From contig JBEKCB010000005.1 of NCBI GenBank assembly GCA_050015075.1, forward strand, positions 1 to 64,000: a DNA stretch of 64,000 nt. Reading direction: 5' to 3'. This DNA is from Candidatus Brocadiia bacterium (GTDB lineage Bacteria; Planctomycetota; Brocadiia; CAIUPP01). Under the pieces are notes generated by a model. It did no database searches. It saw only the letters and a list, made by a program, of their open reading frames with translations, and was not told where the DNA came from. Positions 35,487-44,700 of this stretch are shown in pieces. Position numbers and translations under genes: made by a program. Each line of letters begins with the position of its first letter. The first letter of the stretch is position 1.

Positions 35487-36253
35487 GTGCGCACGCCTTT
35501 CCCCAGGTAGGCTTCGATCACGTCCGGGCTGTTCTGGATTTCCGCCGGCGTGCCGTGGGCGATGACCTCGCCGAAATCCAGCACGTAGATGCGCCGGCAG
35601 ATGCCCATCACGAGCGCCATCTGATGCTCGATGAGGAGGATCGAGAGTTCGCGCTCGCGCTGCAGGCGGAGGATGAGGTCCATCAGCTCGGCCGTCTCCG
35701 CGCGGTTCATCCCGGCGGCCGGCTCGTCGAGCAGCAGCACCTGGGGCCCGCCGGCGAGAGCGCGGGCGATCTCCAGCCGGCGCTGCGCCCCGTACGGCAG
35801 CTCGCCCGGCAGCGCGTCGCGCCGGTCCGCCAGGCCCACCTCGCGCAGCAGATCCAGCGAGGCGCGCTCCATCGCCGACTCCTCGCGCTCGAACGACCGC
35901 GTCCGCACCATCGAGGCCAGCAGCCCGCTGCGCGCCCGGTGATGCTGCGCCGCCTTCACGTTGTCGAGCACCGTCATCCCGCCGAACAGCCGGATGTTCT
36001 GGAACGTGCGCGTGACGCCGCGCAGGGCGATCTCGTGCGGCGGCAGGCCGACGAGGCTCTCGCCGCGGAGGACGATGTCGCCGGAGTCCGGCCGGTACAC
36101 GCCGCTGATCAGGTTGAACAGCGTGGTCTTCCCCGCGCCGTTCGGCCCGATGAGGCCGACGCGTTCGCCGGCGTGAAGCTCCAGGCTGGCCGACTGAACC
36201 GCCGCCAGGCCGCCGAACGAGCGAGTGACCGACTTCAGCTCAAGGATCGCCAT
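35483..36253 (-). CDS. livG: Branched-chain amino acid ABC transporter ATPase LivG
   Basis: FGGLAA, GPNGAGKTT, RTFQNIRLF, LPYGAQRRLEIARAL, DEPAAGMN; start 36253 after GGAG (alternative 36265). Confidence 0.93.
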   Translation of the reverse strand: MAILELKSVTRSFGGLAAVQSASLELHAGERVGLIGPNGAGKTTLFNLISGVYRPDSGDIVLRGESLVGLPPHEIALRGVTRTFQNIRLFGGMTVLDNVKAAQHHRARSGLLASMVRTRSFEREESAMERASLDLLREVGLADRRDALPGELPYGAQRRLEIARALAGGPQVLLLDEPAAGMNRAETAELMDLILRLQRERELSILLIEHQMALVMGICRRIYVLDFGEVIAHGTPAEIQNSPDVIEAYLGKGVRT

Positions 36254-36268
36254 AAGCCGCTCCATGGT

Positions 36269-36303
36269 CTATCGTCCGTCGTCTACCGTCCATCGTCAAT
36301 CGT
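36269..36303. repeat. 5x 7-mer (cyatcgt type) spanning the livM stop
   Basis: ctatcgt ccgtcgt ctaccgt ccatcgt caatcgt; encodes the last residues TIDDGR* of LivM. Confidence 0.7.
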
Positions 36304-37437
36304 CCTTCCGCGCGGCACCAGCCATCGGAATTCCTTGCCGCCGTACAGCCCCTTCGGCCGCCAGAGGATGACGGCGATGAGGATCGCGGCGTAGATCACC
36401 ATCCGCCACGAGTCCGCGCCGTGGATCAGCATCGTCAGCAGTTCCCAGAGCGTCGTCAGCACCACCGCGGCCAGGATCGAGCCGCTGATGCTGCCGATGC
36501 CGCCGATGTACACGATGATCAGGAACTCGATGGACTTCAGGAACCCGCCCATGCTCGGGTGGACCATGTTCGACCAGTGCGCCAGCAGCACGCCGCCGAC
36601 GCCGGCGAAGAACGCGCCCATCACGAATGCCGCGACTTTGTAGAAGACGGTGTCCACGCCGAGAATCTCGGCGGCGACCTCGTCCTCGCGGATCGCGGCG
36701 CAGGCCCGCCCGTGCGAGCTGAACGCGAAGTTCCGTACCGCCCAGACGATCCCCGCCAGGAGCAGGATGGAGAAGACGAAGCCCATCAGGATCGGCATGT
36801 CGCGCGGGTCAATGCCCGGCAGCGCGGGGCCGGGCATCGCCGGGATCCCGTCAATCGCGCGCGGTCCGCCGATCTCGCGCACCTGGCCGTACTCCTCGCG
36901 GTGAAAGGTGATGAATTTCAACAGCACGCCGATGATCTCGCCGAACCCCAGCGTGGCGATCGCCAGGTAATCGCCGCGCAGGCGCAAGGTCGGCAGCCCC
37001 ACCAGGAACCCGAGCACCGCGGCCGCCAGCCCGCCCGCGAGCAGCGAGAGCAGAAATGCCGGCAGCGCCAGCCCCAGGCCGGTCTCGCCGGTCAGCCGGA
37101 ACAGCAGGCTGGTCATGATGCCCGCCGTGTAAGCGCCGACCACCATGAACCCGGCATGCCCGATGGAGAAGAGGCCGGTGATGCCGTTGATCAGGTTCAG
37201 GCTCACGGCCATGATCGCGGTGATGCAGATGAACGCCTCGATCCGCACCGTGTAGGGATTCACCCATGCAGAATCGAGACCGAACCATTCCTTCGCCCCC
37301 AGGCCGACCGTCGCCGAGGCGAGCAGGATCACCACGATCGCCGCGCCCCACCAGCGCCACCGAACCGGCAGCAGCATCAGCCCGAGGCCGAGCGCAATCG
37401 GCCAGAAGTTCAGCAGGTCGCCTAGTTGGAATTCCAT
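36283..37437 (-). CDS. livM: Branched-chain amino acid ABC transporter permease LivM
   Basis: SLNLINGITGLFSIGHAGF, LRLRGDYLAIATLGFGEI, GRACAAIREDE, GGIGSISG. Confidence 0.92.
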   Translation of the reverse strand: MEFQLGDLLNFWPIALGLGLMLLPVRWRWWGAAIVVILLASATVGLGAKEWFGLDSAWVNPYTVRIEAFICITAIMAVSLNLINGITGLFSIGHAGFMVVGAYTAGIMTSLLFRLTGETGLGLALPAFLLSLLAGGLAAAVLGFLVGLPTLRLRGDYLAIATLGFGEIIGVLLKFITFHREEYGQVREIGGPRAIDGIPAMPGPALPGIDPRDMPILMGFVFSILLLAGIVWAVRNFAFSSHGRACAAIREDEVAAEILGVDTVFYKVAAFVMGAFFAGVGGVLLAHWSNMVHPSMGGFLKSIEFLIIVYIGGIGSISGSILAAVVLTTLWELLTMLIHGADSWRMVIYAAILIAVILWRPKGLYGGKEFRWLVPRGRTIDDGR

Positions 37438-37502
37438 GTCGCAGCCTCAGAGGCCGTCAAACAACCCGCGAAAGGCTTGGTGCGCGTGCGGCATCACGCA
37501 AG

Positions 37503-37585
37503 TATCGTCCTCGTCCTCGTCGTCGTCCTCGAACTGCTCATCTCAACGGCCGAGGACGAGGACGACGACGAGGACGAGGACGATT
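37503..37585. repeat. (CTCGTC)n...(GACGAG)n long hairpin element, copy 4
   Basis: atcgtcctcgtcctcgtcgtcgtcctcg ... cgaggacgaggacgacgacgaggacgaggacgatt, between livH and livM. Confidence 0.9.
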
Positions 37586-37596
37586 AGGTCGCCTTT

Positions 37597-38550
37597 CTAC
37601 ACCTTCTCGCTCGCTTCCTCGCCGAAGATGCCCTGCGGCCGGACCAGCAGCACGAGGATGAGCAGGGCGAACGCCACGCCGTCCGCGAGCGGCGTGTAGT
37701 CCACCGGCGCGCCGGGGAGCACCGCGATTGCGCCCACCTCGGCCAGGCCCAGCAGCAGCCCGCCGACCATCGCGCCGGGCACGTTGCCGATGCCGCCGAG
37801 CACCGCCGCGATGAACGCCTTGAGGCCGGGCATCAGCCCCATCGTAGCGACGATCTGCGGATACGTCAGCGCGCTGAGCAGCCCGCCCGCGCCGGCCAGC
37901 GCGCCGCCGACCAGGAACGTCATCGAGATCACCCGGTTCACGTTCACGCCCATCAGCGACAGCGCGTCCTTGTTGTTCGCGCACGCGCGCATCGCCATCC
38001 CGAGCGTCGTCCGCCGCACCAGCAGCCACAGCGCCGCCATCAGCACCAGGGAGACGCCGAAGTCGAGCAGTTGAATGCGCGTGACGTACACCGCGCGGCC
38101 GGGAATCAGCCGGTAGCTCGCGGACCGGATCAGCTGGTCCTTCGGGAAATTCGTGTAGTTGGCGCCGGCGAAGGAGACCTCGTTTCCGGCGCGGTCCTTG
38201 AAGCTGAAGGCGATCGCCTGCACCAGGCTGCTCAACAGGAGCGAGACCCCGATCGCGGCGATCAGCATGGAGAGCCGCGGCCGGTATCGCAGCGGGCGGT
38301 ACACCGCCGCTTCCATCGCGACGGCGAGCAGGCCGCACACCGTCATCGCCGCCAGCAGCGCCGACGGCAGGTTCAGGCCCAGGAGGAGCGCCGCGAAATA
38401 CCCGACGAACGCGCCGATCATGAACACCTCGCCGTGGGCGAAGTTGATCAGCCGCAGAACGCCGTACACCATCGTGTAGCCCAGCGCGATCAGCGCGTAG
38501 ATGCTGCCGCGTTGCAGGCCGTTGATCACCTGGCTCAGGAACACTTCCAT
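37597..38550 (-). CDS. livH: Branched-chain amino acid ABC transporter permease LivH
   Basis: QVINGL..GSIYALIALGYTMVYGVLRLINFAHGE, KAFIAAVLGGIG, LVRPQGIFG. Confidence 0.94.
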   Translation of the reverse strand: MEVFLSQVINGLQRGSIYALIALGYTMVYGVLRLINFAHGEVFMIGAFVGYFAALLLGLNLPSALLAAMTVCGLLAVAMEAAVYRPLRYRPRLSMLIAAIGVSLLLSSLVQAIAFSFKDRAGNEVSFAGANYTNFPKDQLIRSASYRLIPGRAVYVTRIQLLDFGVSLVLMAALWLLVRRTTLGMAMRACANNKDALSLMGVNVNRVISMTFLVGGALAGAGGLLSALTYPQIVATMGLMPGLKAFIAAVLGGIGNVPGAMVGGLLLGLAEVGAIAVLPGAPVDYTPLADGVAFALLILVLLVRPQGIFGEEASEKV

Positions 38551-38656
38551 GGCGCGTCATGTTAGCGTGAAGCGCCTCCGTCGGCAAGCGATTTCGCGCG
38601 CGATATGGTAAACTGCCGATGCGTATCCGTCTCAACCACTCCGAAGAAAGGCGCGT

Positions 38657-39478
38657 ATGGCGCAAAGTGCGTTCATGACCGTGCTCGAGCACCTCGGCGA
38701 GCTGCGCCGCCGCATCATCCGCTCCGCGATCGTCTTCCTGCTGGCCACCATGTTCTGCTTCTATTACGGTTATGAGCCGGTCAAGCTCGTCCTCGTCGCG
38801 CCGCTGGAGGCGCTGAACGCGAACACGAAGAACCCTTTCTCGGCGTACAACCCGCTCGTCCGGCGGCTCCGGCCGCAAATGGTCGGGCCGACGACCGTCG
38901 TGCAGGTCCGCCTCAACGCCATGACTCCGTGGGAGCCGTTCATGGTGAAGTTCAACATCTCCATGCTCGGTGCGCTGGTGATCAGTTCGCCGTTCCTCTT
39001 CTACCAGCTCTGGGCGTTCATCGGCGCGGGACTTCGCCCCGGCGAAAAGAGCGTGGTCCTGCGGTATCTGCCGCTCTCGCTCGCATTGTTCATCGCGGGG
39101 ATGCTCTTCGCCTATCTTGTGGCGCTCCCGATCGCCATGCTCTACCTGCTGACCGTGGACCCTGAGATTAATCTGGTGCTGATGTACGCGCCGTACATGA
39201 AGCTGATCATCAAGATCATGGCTGCCTTCGGGCTGGTCTTCCAGTTGCCGCTGGTGATGATGGCGCTGGCGCGGCTGGGGTTGGTTCAAGTCAAGACGAT
39301 GACGCATTACCGCCGCCACGCGATCGTGGGCCTTTTCATCACCGCCGCGCTGCTGGCGCCGTCGCCGGACCCGTTCAGCATGTGCTTGCTGGCAATTCCG
39401 ATGATAGCGCTTTACGAATTCGGCATCCTGCTCTCCAAACTGGCCGAAAAACGCATGGCGGCTGCACACCCCGCCTAA
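38657..39478 (+). CDS. tatC: Twin-arginine translocase TatC
   Basis: EHLGELRRR, YQLWAFIGAGLRPGEK, FGLVFQLP, PSPDPFS, LYEFGI. Confidence 0.95.
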   Translation: MAQSAFMTVLEHLGELRRRIIRSAIVFLLATMFCFYYGYEPVKLVLVAPLEALNANTKNPFSAYNPLVRRLRPQMVGPTTVVQVRLNAMTPWEPFMVKFNISMLGALVISSPFLFYQLWAFIGAGLRPGEKSVVLRYLPLSLALFIAGMLFAYLVALPIAMLYLLTVDPEINLVLMYAPYMKLIIKIMAAFGLVFQLPLVMMALARLGLVQVKTMTHYRRHAIVGLFITAALLAPSPDPFSMCLLAIPMIALYEFGILLSKLAEKRMAAAHPA

Positions 39479-39731
39479 ACCGAGCGCCTGCCCGTGTTGA
39501 TTTTTTGAGAAAAACATTCGCCTACAACTTAGAACAACCGCCATTGTCGTAATATCCTAATGTCACGCATGTTGCATTTTTGCACAAAGTCGGATCTAGC
39601 AGATGTTCCTTTCCCTGCCTTGACAGAGGCCGCATGGTAGGATAGAAATAAGGGAACAACCCCGTGCCCACAAGCAAAGGTGGCGCTGTCTTAAGGTCGC
39701 TCGGCGCGGGACGGCTCGAAAGGGCGCAAAA

Positions 39732-39974
39732 ATGGGGAATGACATGGAAGTCAGAAAGTCGCTTGACGTCGAGGACGCGCCCGGCACGGACGCAATCGTT
39801 CGGAAAATGGCGAAACGCGCGCTGCCGGACCTTCAGGGCAAGCGCGTGACTGCCGCCGCGAAAGAGCAGCCGCGTGGAGAAGACGCGATGCAGCGCCTGA
39901 TCCGTTCGAACTTGCTGAAAGGCGCCCGGGTGCGGCCCGCGCGCGATGTGCCCGCCGGCGCCGCTTCACGGTGA
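39732..39974 (+). CDS. Small hypothetical protein (80 aa; alternative start 39744)
   Basis: Fills the gap exactly up to the convergent gene; AT-rich promoter-like region upstream with TTGACA at 39620; no recognisable motif. Confidence 0.45.
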   Translation: MGNDMEVRKSLDVEDAPGTDAIVRKMAKRALPDLQGKRVTAAAKEQPRGEDAMQRLIRSNLLKGARVRPARDVPAGAASR

Positions 39975-39975
39975 G

Positions 39976-40833
39976 TCAGCTCTCCGCTTCCACCGCCGCG
40001 CGATAGAGCGCCTGGATCCGCCGCGTGATCGAGCCAGGCGTCGCGCTGCCGATCCCTCGGCGGTCCACCGAACGCACCGGCATTATCTCCATCAACGAAT
40101 TCGTCAGGAACATCTCGTCCGCGTCGAACAGTTCCCCGGCGGCGATCGGCCGCTCGGCGACCGGAATTCCCTCCGCCCGCGCCAGGTCCAGCACCGCGCC
40201 GCGCGTGATGCCCGGCAGCAGCCCGCAGTAAACCGGCGGCGTGAGAAGCGATCCGCCGCGCGCCAGGAACACATTGCTGACCGATTCCTCGGCGACCTGC
40301 CCGCACTCGTTGAGCAGGATAGCGCCGTTCGCGCCCGCGTCGGTCGCCTCCTGGCGCGCGAGCAGATAGAGCAGGTAGCTCAGCGTCTTGTGGCGCGCCA
40401 GGGGGTTGGCGGAATTCTGCCGCGCGGTGCTGATGATGAGCCGCGTCCCGTTGCGGTACTGCTCGGCCGGCTGGGCCTGGAGCGCCCGCGCGTGGATCAG
40501 CAGCGTCGCCGGGCCCGCGCCGTCGAGCCGCAGCCCCTGGGCCGACGCGCCGCGCGTCAACGTGACGCGCACGTATGCCTCCGCGCAGGAGTTCAGCCGG
40601 ATCAGTTCCGCGATGGCTTTCTCGATCTGCTCGTCCGTGGCGGGCACGGTCAGCCGCAGGAACGCCGCCGATGCCCGCAGCCGCAGCATGTGCGCCGCCA
40701 GGCGGAAGACTTTTCCCCGGTATGCGCGCATGCTCTCGAAAAGTCCGTCGCCCAGCAGCAGCCCGCGGTCGCCCGCCGCGACGCGCGCAGCCGATTCCTC
40801 GACGATCTCGCCGTTCAGGAAGACGCTGGCCAT
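39976..40833 (-). CDS. Class IV PLP aminotransferase (IlvE/PabC/D-amino-acid transaminase family)
   Basis: DRGLLLGDGLFES, HMLRL, PLP lysine RHKTLSY, EESVSNVF, LLPGITR, FLTNS. Confidence 0.9.
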   Translation of the reverse strand: MASVFLNGEIVEESAARVAAGDRGLLLGDGLFESMRAYRGKVFRLAAHMLRLRASAAFLRLTVPATDEQIEKAIAELIRLNSCAEAYVRVTLTRGASAQGLRLDGAGPATLLIHARALQAQPAEQYRNGTRLIISTARQNSANPLARHKTLSYLLYLLARQEATDAGANGAILLNECGQVAEESVSNVFLARGGSLLTPPVYCGLLPGITRGAVLDLARAEGIPVAERPIAAGELFDADEMFLTNSLMEIMPVRSVDRRGIGSATPGSITRRIQALYRAAVEAES

Positions 40834-40906
40834 GGATTCCTCATACGGAAATGTCCGCGGCGGGATTCTACCAAAAAGCCCGGCCCTCCGCAGCCATGAC
40901 CTTCAC

Positions 40907-40936
40907 CTGACACATGCCGCGCGGTTGCGGTACAAT
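40907..40936 (+). promoter_or_regulatory. Possible sigma70 promoter of the Moco operon
   Basis: CTGACA-N18-TACAAT. Confidence 0.4.
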
Positions 40937-41006
40937 AAGGTTGTTGGTATCGTTGACGCAGTCTGGCCGAAAGCCGCCCGCTTCATGGCGCTGGGAAAAA
41001 GACCGG

Positions 41007-42218
41007 ATGGTCACCCCCGAAGAAGCTTGGAGAATCGTCCTCAAGCATGTCCGGCCGTTGCGGTGCATTGCGACACCGCTGCGCGAAGCCGCCGGACTTT
41101 GCCTGGCCGAGGACGTGCGCGCCGACCGCGACCAACCGGCGGCCGACCGTTCCGCGATGGACGGATACGCCGTCCGTTCCGCCGACCTGCGCCGCGCGCC
41201 CTGTTCGCTCCGCCTGGTCGGCGAGGTGGCCGCCGGAAGCGCCGCGCGGCCGCGGGTCGCGCCCGGCACGTGCGTCCGGATACTCACCGGCGCGAACGTT
41301 CCGCCCGGCGCCGACACGGTGGTCATGGTCGAGCAGACACGCGAGGACCGCGGCGACGTCGCGTTTTTCACGCGGGCCGAAGCCGGCGACCACATTCTCA
41401 GGCGACACGAGGAAGCGCGCAAGGGCGAAGTTCTCCTGCGCAAGGGCTCTATTCTCGGTGCGGCGCAGATCGGCGTCTGCGCCGCCGTCGGCAAGGCGCG
41501 GATCAAAGTCTTTCCGCGGCCGCGCGTCGCCGTCGTCTGCACCGGCGCGGAACTGCGCGAAATCGGGGCGAAGGTGCGGCCGCATGAAATCCGCAACTCC
41601 AACGGGCCCGCCCTCTGCGCGGCGCTCGCGCTCTCCGGCCACGCCGGCGTCATTCAACACCGCGCGCCGGACGACCCGGAGCGCCTCACCGCCCTCGTGC
41701 GGCGGCTCGCGGCGCGGTGCGACGTGTTGATCCTCACCGGCGGCGTCTCCGTCGGCCGATATGATTTCGTCGAGGAATCCGCGAAAAAAGCCGGCGCAAA
41801 AATCTGCTTTCACGGCGTGGCGATGAAGCCGGGCAAGCCGATCCTGTATGCCACGCTCCCGCGCAATCGGCATCTCTTCGGGCTTCCGGGCAATCCGCTC
41901 AGCGCGCTGACCGGCTTCTACGAATTGGCGCTTCCGGCGCTGCTGCGCATGTCCGGCTTGCCGCCGGACCGATGCCGTCCGGCGCTTCGCCTGCCGCTTG
42001 GCTCGCCGCTCGCCTCAAAAGGCGGCCGCGTCCGCTTCGTCCTCGCGCGCCTCTCCTGGGACAATGCCGGGCCGCGCCTGGAGCCGGTGGATTCTCGAAG
42101 CTCCGCCGACCTCGCCTCCGGCGGCCGCGCCGACGGAGTGATCGCCGTCCCGGCGCACGTCACCGCCCTGGACGCGGGCGACGTGGTCGAATTCCGGCCG
42201 TGGAGGTCGCTGCCATGA
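41007..42218 (+). CDS. moeA: Molybdopterin molybdenumtransferase MoeA
   Basis: SAMDGYAV, RILTGA.VPPGADTV, TGAEL, IRNSN, TGGVSVGRYD, MKPGKP, GLPGNP. Confidence 0.95.
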   Translation: MVTPEEAWRIVLKHVRPLRCIATPLREAAGLCLAEDVRADRDQPAADRSAMDGYAVRSADLRRAPCSLRLVGEVAAGSAARPRVAPGTCVRILTGANVPPGADTVVMVEQTREDRGDVAFFTRAEAGDHILRRHEEARKGEVLLRKGSILGAAQIGVCAAVGKARIKVFPRPRVAVVCTGAELREIGAKVRPHEIRNSNGPALCAALALSGHAGVIQHRAPDDPERLTALVRRLAARCDVLILTGGVSVGRYDFVEESAKKAGAKICFHGVAMKPGKPILYATLPRNRHLFGLPGNPLSALTGFYELALPALLRMSGLPPDRCRPALRLPLGSPLASKGGRVRFVLARLSWDNAGPRLEPVDSRSSADLASGGRADGVIAVPAHVTALDAGDVVEFRPWRSLP

Positions 42219-43177
42219 CCGAGCCGCAGCGGCAACCGCTCTCCTTGCGGATCTCGGTCACGGACCGCTGCCAGCTCCGCTGCGTCCATTGCATGCCGCC
42301 CGAAGGCGTGGCGAAATTGCGGCATGAGGACATCCTGACGTTCGAGGAAATCCTTTGCTTCGTCCGCGTTGCGAAGGCGCAGTTCGACCTCTCCAAACTC
42401 CACGTCACCGGCGGCGAGCCGCTCGTCCGTGCGAACATCGTCCGCCTGGTGCGGATGCTCGCGGGCGAGGGAATTCCCGACCTGGTCCTCACCACCAACG
42501 GCCAGGACTTGGCCCGGAAGGCCGCCGCCCTTCGGCGCGCGGGACTGCACCGGATCAATATCAGCCTCCCGAGTCTCGACGAGAAGACGTACTCCGAGTT
42601 GACCCGCGGCGGCGCGCTCGGGCGGACGCTCCACGGCATCGCGCGCGCGCAGGCGGCGGGCCTCGCGCCCGTGAAGCTGAATGCCGTGATCTTCCGCGGC
42701 TGGAATGAGGACGAAGTCGAGCGCCTGGCGGCGTTTGCGCTGGAGCGCGGATGCGCGGTCCGGTTTCTGGAACTCATGCCGATCGGCTGCGCGCGCCCCC
42801 TGGCCGCCGACCGCTTCGTCCCCGCCGCGGAAATCAGGCGTCGCATCGAAGGCGCATTCGCCTTGACGCCGCTCGCCTACGAGCCCGGCCGGAGCAGCCG
42901 CGATTTCATGGCCGAAGATCGTCACGGCCGGCGCGGGGTCGTTGGCTTCGTCTCGTCCGGGACCGAGCCGTTCTGCGTCGGCTGCACGCGCCTGCGGCTG
43001 ACCAGCACCGGCGAGATCATCGGCTGCCTGTCGCGCGGGCGAGGCATCTCCATCCGGAGATTTCTCCGGTCCAATCAGGACGAGCGAGTGGCGGCCGCCA
43101 TCCGGCGCGTGGTGGCGGACAAGGGCCGCCGCCCGGACTTCCGCAGCCGGCGGCATATGGTCGCAGTCGGAGGATAA
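42215..43177 (+). CDS. moaA: GTP 3',8-cyclase MoaA (radical SAM)
   Basis: LRISVTDRCQLRCVHCMP, TGGEPL, TTNG, FCVGCTRLRLT...GCL, C-terminal GG; ATGA overlap. Confidence 0.95.
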   Translation: MTEPQRQPLSLRISVTDRCQLRCVHCMPPEGVAKLRHEDILTFEEILCFVRVAKAQFDLSKLHVTGGEPLVRANIVRLVRMLAGEGIPDLVLTTNGQDLARKAAALRRAGLHRINISLPSLDEKTYSELTRGGALGRTLHGIARAQAAGLAPVKLNAVIFRGWNEDEVERLAAFALERGCAVRFLELMPIGCARPLAADRFVPAAEIRRRIEGAFALTPLAYEPGRSSRDFMAEDRHGRRGVVGFVSSGTEPFCVGCTRLRLTSTGEIIGCLSRGRGISIRRFLRSNQDERVAAAIRRVVADKGRRPDFRSRRHMVAVGG

Positions 43178-43179
43178 CC

Positions 43180-44700
43180 GTGAAGTGGCGCCTCGCCGTC
43201 GTGGCCACCGTCTTCGCGGCGTTGATCGCCGCCGGGTTCTGGCGGATCCGTCCGAAGCCGGCGATTGCCGCGGAGCCGCTCACCGTCCTGGCCGCCGCGA
43301 GCCTCGCGGACGCCCTGCCGGAAATCGGCGACTCCTTCGAGAGGACGCACGACCGCGCGGTGCGATTCGATTTCGCCTCCTCCGGAATCCTCCGCGCCAA
43401 GATCGAGGCCGGCGCGCGCGCAGACCTGTTCATCGCCGCCTCTTCCGCCGAGATGGACAAACTCCAGGCCGCCGGCCGCGTCCGGGCCGAGGACCGGCGC
43501 GATCTGCTGACGAACCGCCTGGTCTGCGTCGTGCCCGGGCGCTCCACGGTTTCGCTGCGCGCCCCGGAAGACCTGGACACGCCGGCGGTGCGGCGGATCG
43601 CGATCGGCGACCCGGCGCACGTGCCCGCAGGCCAATACGCACAGGAGGCGCTCCGGCGCATGGGATTGTGGGAGCGGCTGCGCGACCGCCTGGTCCCGAG
43701 CGCCGACGTGCGCGCCGCGCTGGCGCAGGTGGAATCGGGCGCGGTGGACGCCGCTATCGTTTACCGGACCGACGCCGCTGCCGCCGACGGCGTCCGCGTG
43801 GCCTTCGAGTTCCCCGAGCACAGCCACGCGCCGATCCGGTACCCGGCCGCCTGCCTCGCGGACGCGCCGCATCCGGCCGCGGCGCGGGACTTCCTCGCTT
43901 TCCTGACCTCGGCGCCGGCGTCGGCGGTCTTCTCCTCGTACGGCTTTACGCCCGTCGCCGCGCCCGCCGCCGCCGCGGACCTCGTGCGCCCTGCGCCGGC
44001 CCCGGCCTGGAACGGCGCCGCCGCGGAGGCGCTCCAACTATCGTTGCGCGTCTCGCTGATCGCCACACTCCTCATGGTCCTCGCCGGCGCGCCGATCGCC
44101 CTGTGGCTGGCGCGGCGGAGAGGCGTGGCCAGCGCCGCGGCGGAAGGACTCCTGACTCTCCCGCTGGTGCTGCCGCCGGTGGTGACCGGCTATCTCTTCC
44201 TGCTCCTGTTCAGTCCTCAAGGCCCGCTGGGCCGGGCGCTCGAGCGGATCGGGATCCGCGTGGTCCTGGACTGGAAAGGCGCCGTGATCGCCTCCGCCGC
44301 GCTGGCATTTCCCTTGTTCCTCGCGGTGACGAAGGTGGCCTTCTCGAAGGCCGATCCGGCCCTGGAAGCCGCCGCGCGGACGCTGAACGCTTCGCCGCTC
44401 AGGGTAGTCATGACGGTCACGCTGCCGCCGGCGCTGCCCGGGCTGGCCGCCGGCGCGATGCTGGCCTTCGCGCGGGCCTTCGGCGAATTCGGCGCGACGA
44501 TGATGCTCGCCGGGAACATCCCCGGCCAGACGCGCACCGTCCCGCAGGCGATCTTCACCGAGTTGATGACCGGCCAGACGCACGCCGCGTGGGGACTCGT
44601 CGGGATCTCCGTCGTGATCGGGATCGCCTCCATCGTCGGCGCTCGACTCCTCCTGGCCACGTGGCGAAACGCCGGCGCGGAGCGGCCCGGCTATGCTTGA
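43180..44700 (+). CDS. Fused molybdate-binding protein and permease (ModA-ModB)
   Basis: GTG 43180; AAASLADAL, FASSGIL, GDPAHVPAGQYA, IVYRTDA (ModA), then LPLVLPPVVTGY, EAAARTL, FARAFGEFGAT (ModB) in one frame. Confidence 0.9.
   Translation: MKWRLAVVATVFAALIAAGFWRIRPKPAIAAEPLTVLAAASLADALPEIGDSFERTHDRAVRFDFASSGILRAKIEAGARADLFIAASSAEMDKLQAAGRVRAEDRRDLLTNRLVCVVPGRSTVSLRAPEDLDTPAVRRIAIGDPAHVPAGQYAQEALRRMGLWERLRDRLVPSADVRAALAQVESGAVDAAIVYRTDAAAADGVRVAFEFPEHSHAPIRYPAACLADAPHPAAARDFLAFLTSAPASAVFSSYGFTPVAAPAAAADLVRPAPAPAWNGAAAEALQLSLRVSLIATLLMVLAGAPIALWLARRRGVASAAAEGLLTLPLVLPPVVTGYLFLLLFSPQGPLGRALERIGIRVVLDWKGAVIASAALAFPLFLAVTKVAFSKADPALEAAARTLNASPLRVVMTVTLPPALPGLAAGAMLAFARAFGEFGATMMLAGNIPGQTRTVPQAIFTELMTGQTHAAWGLVGISVVIGIASIVGARLLLATWRNAGAERPGYA

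Noticed and set aside
40937-41006. Moco riboswitch upstream of moeA
   Set aside because: Only a small ggc-cgaaa-gcc hairpin; the leader is short and I cannot match the multi-stem Moco motif. An Infernal/Rfam scan would settle it.
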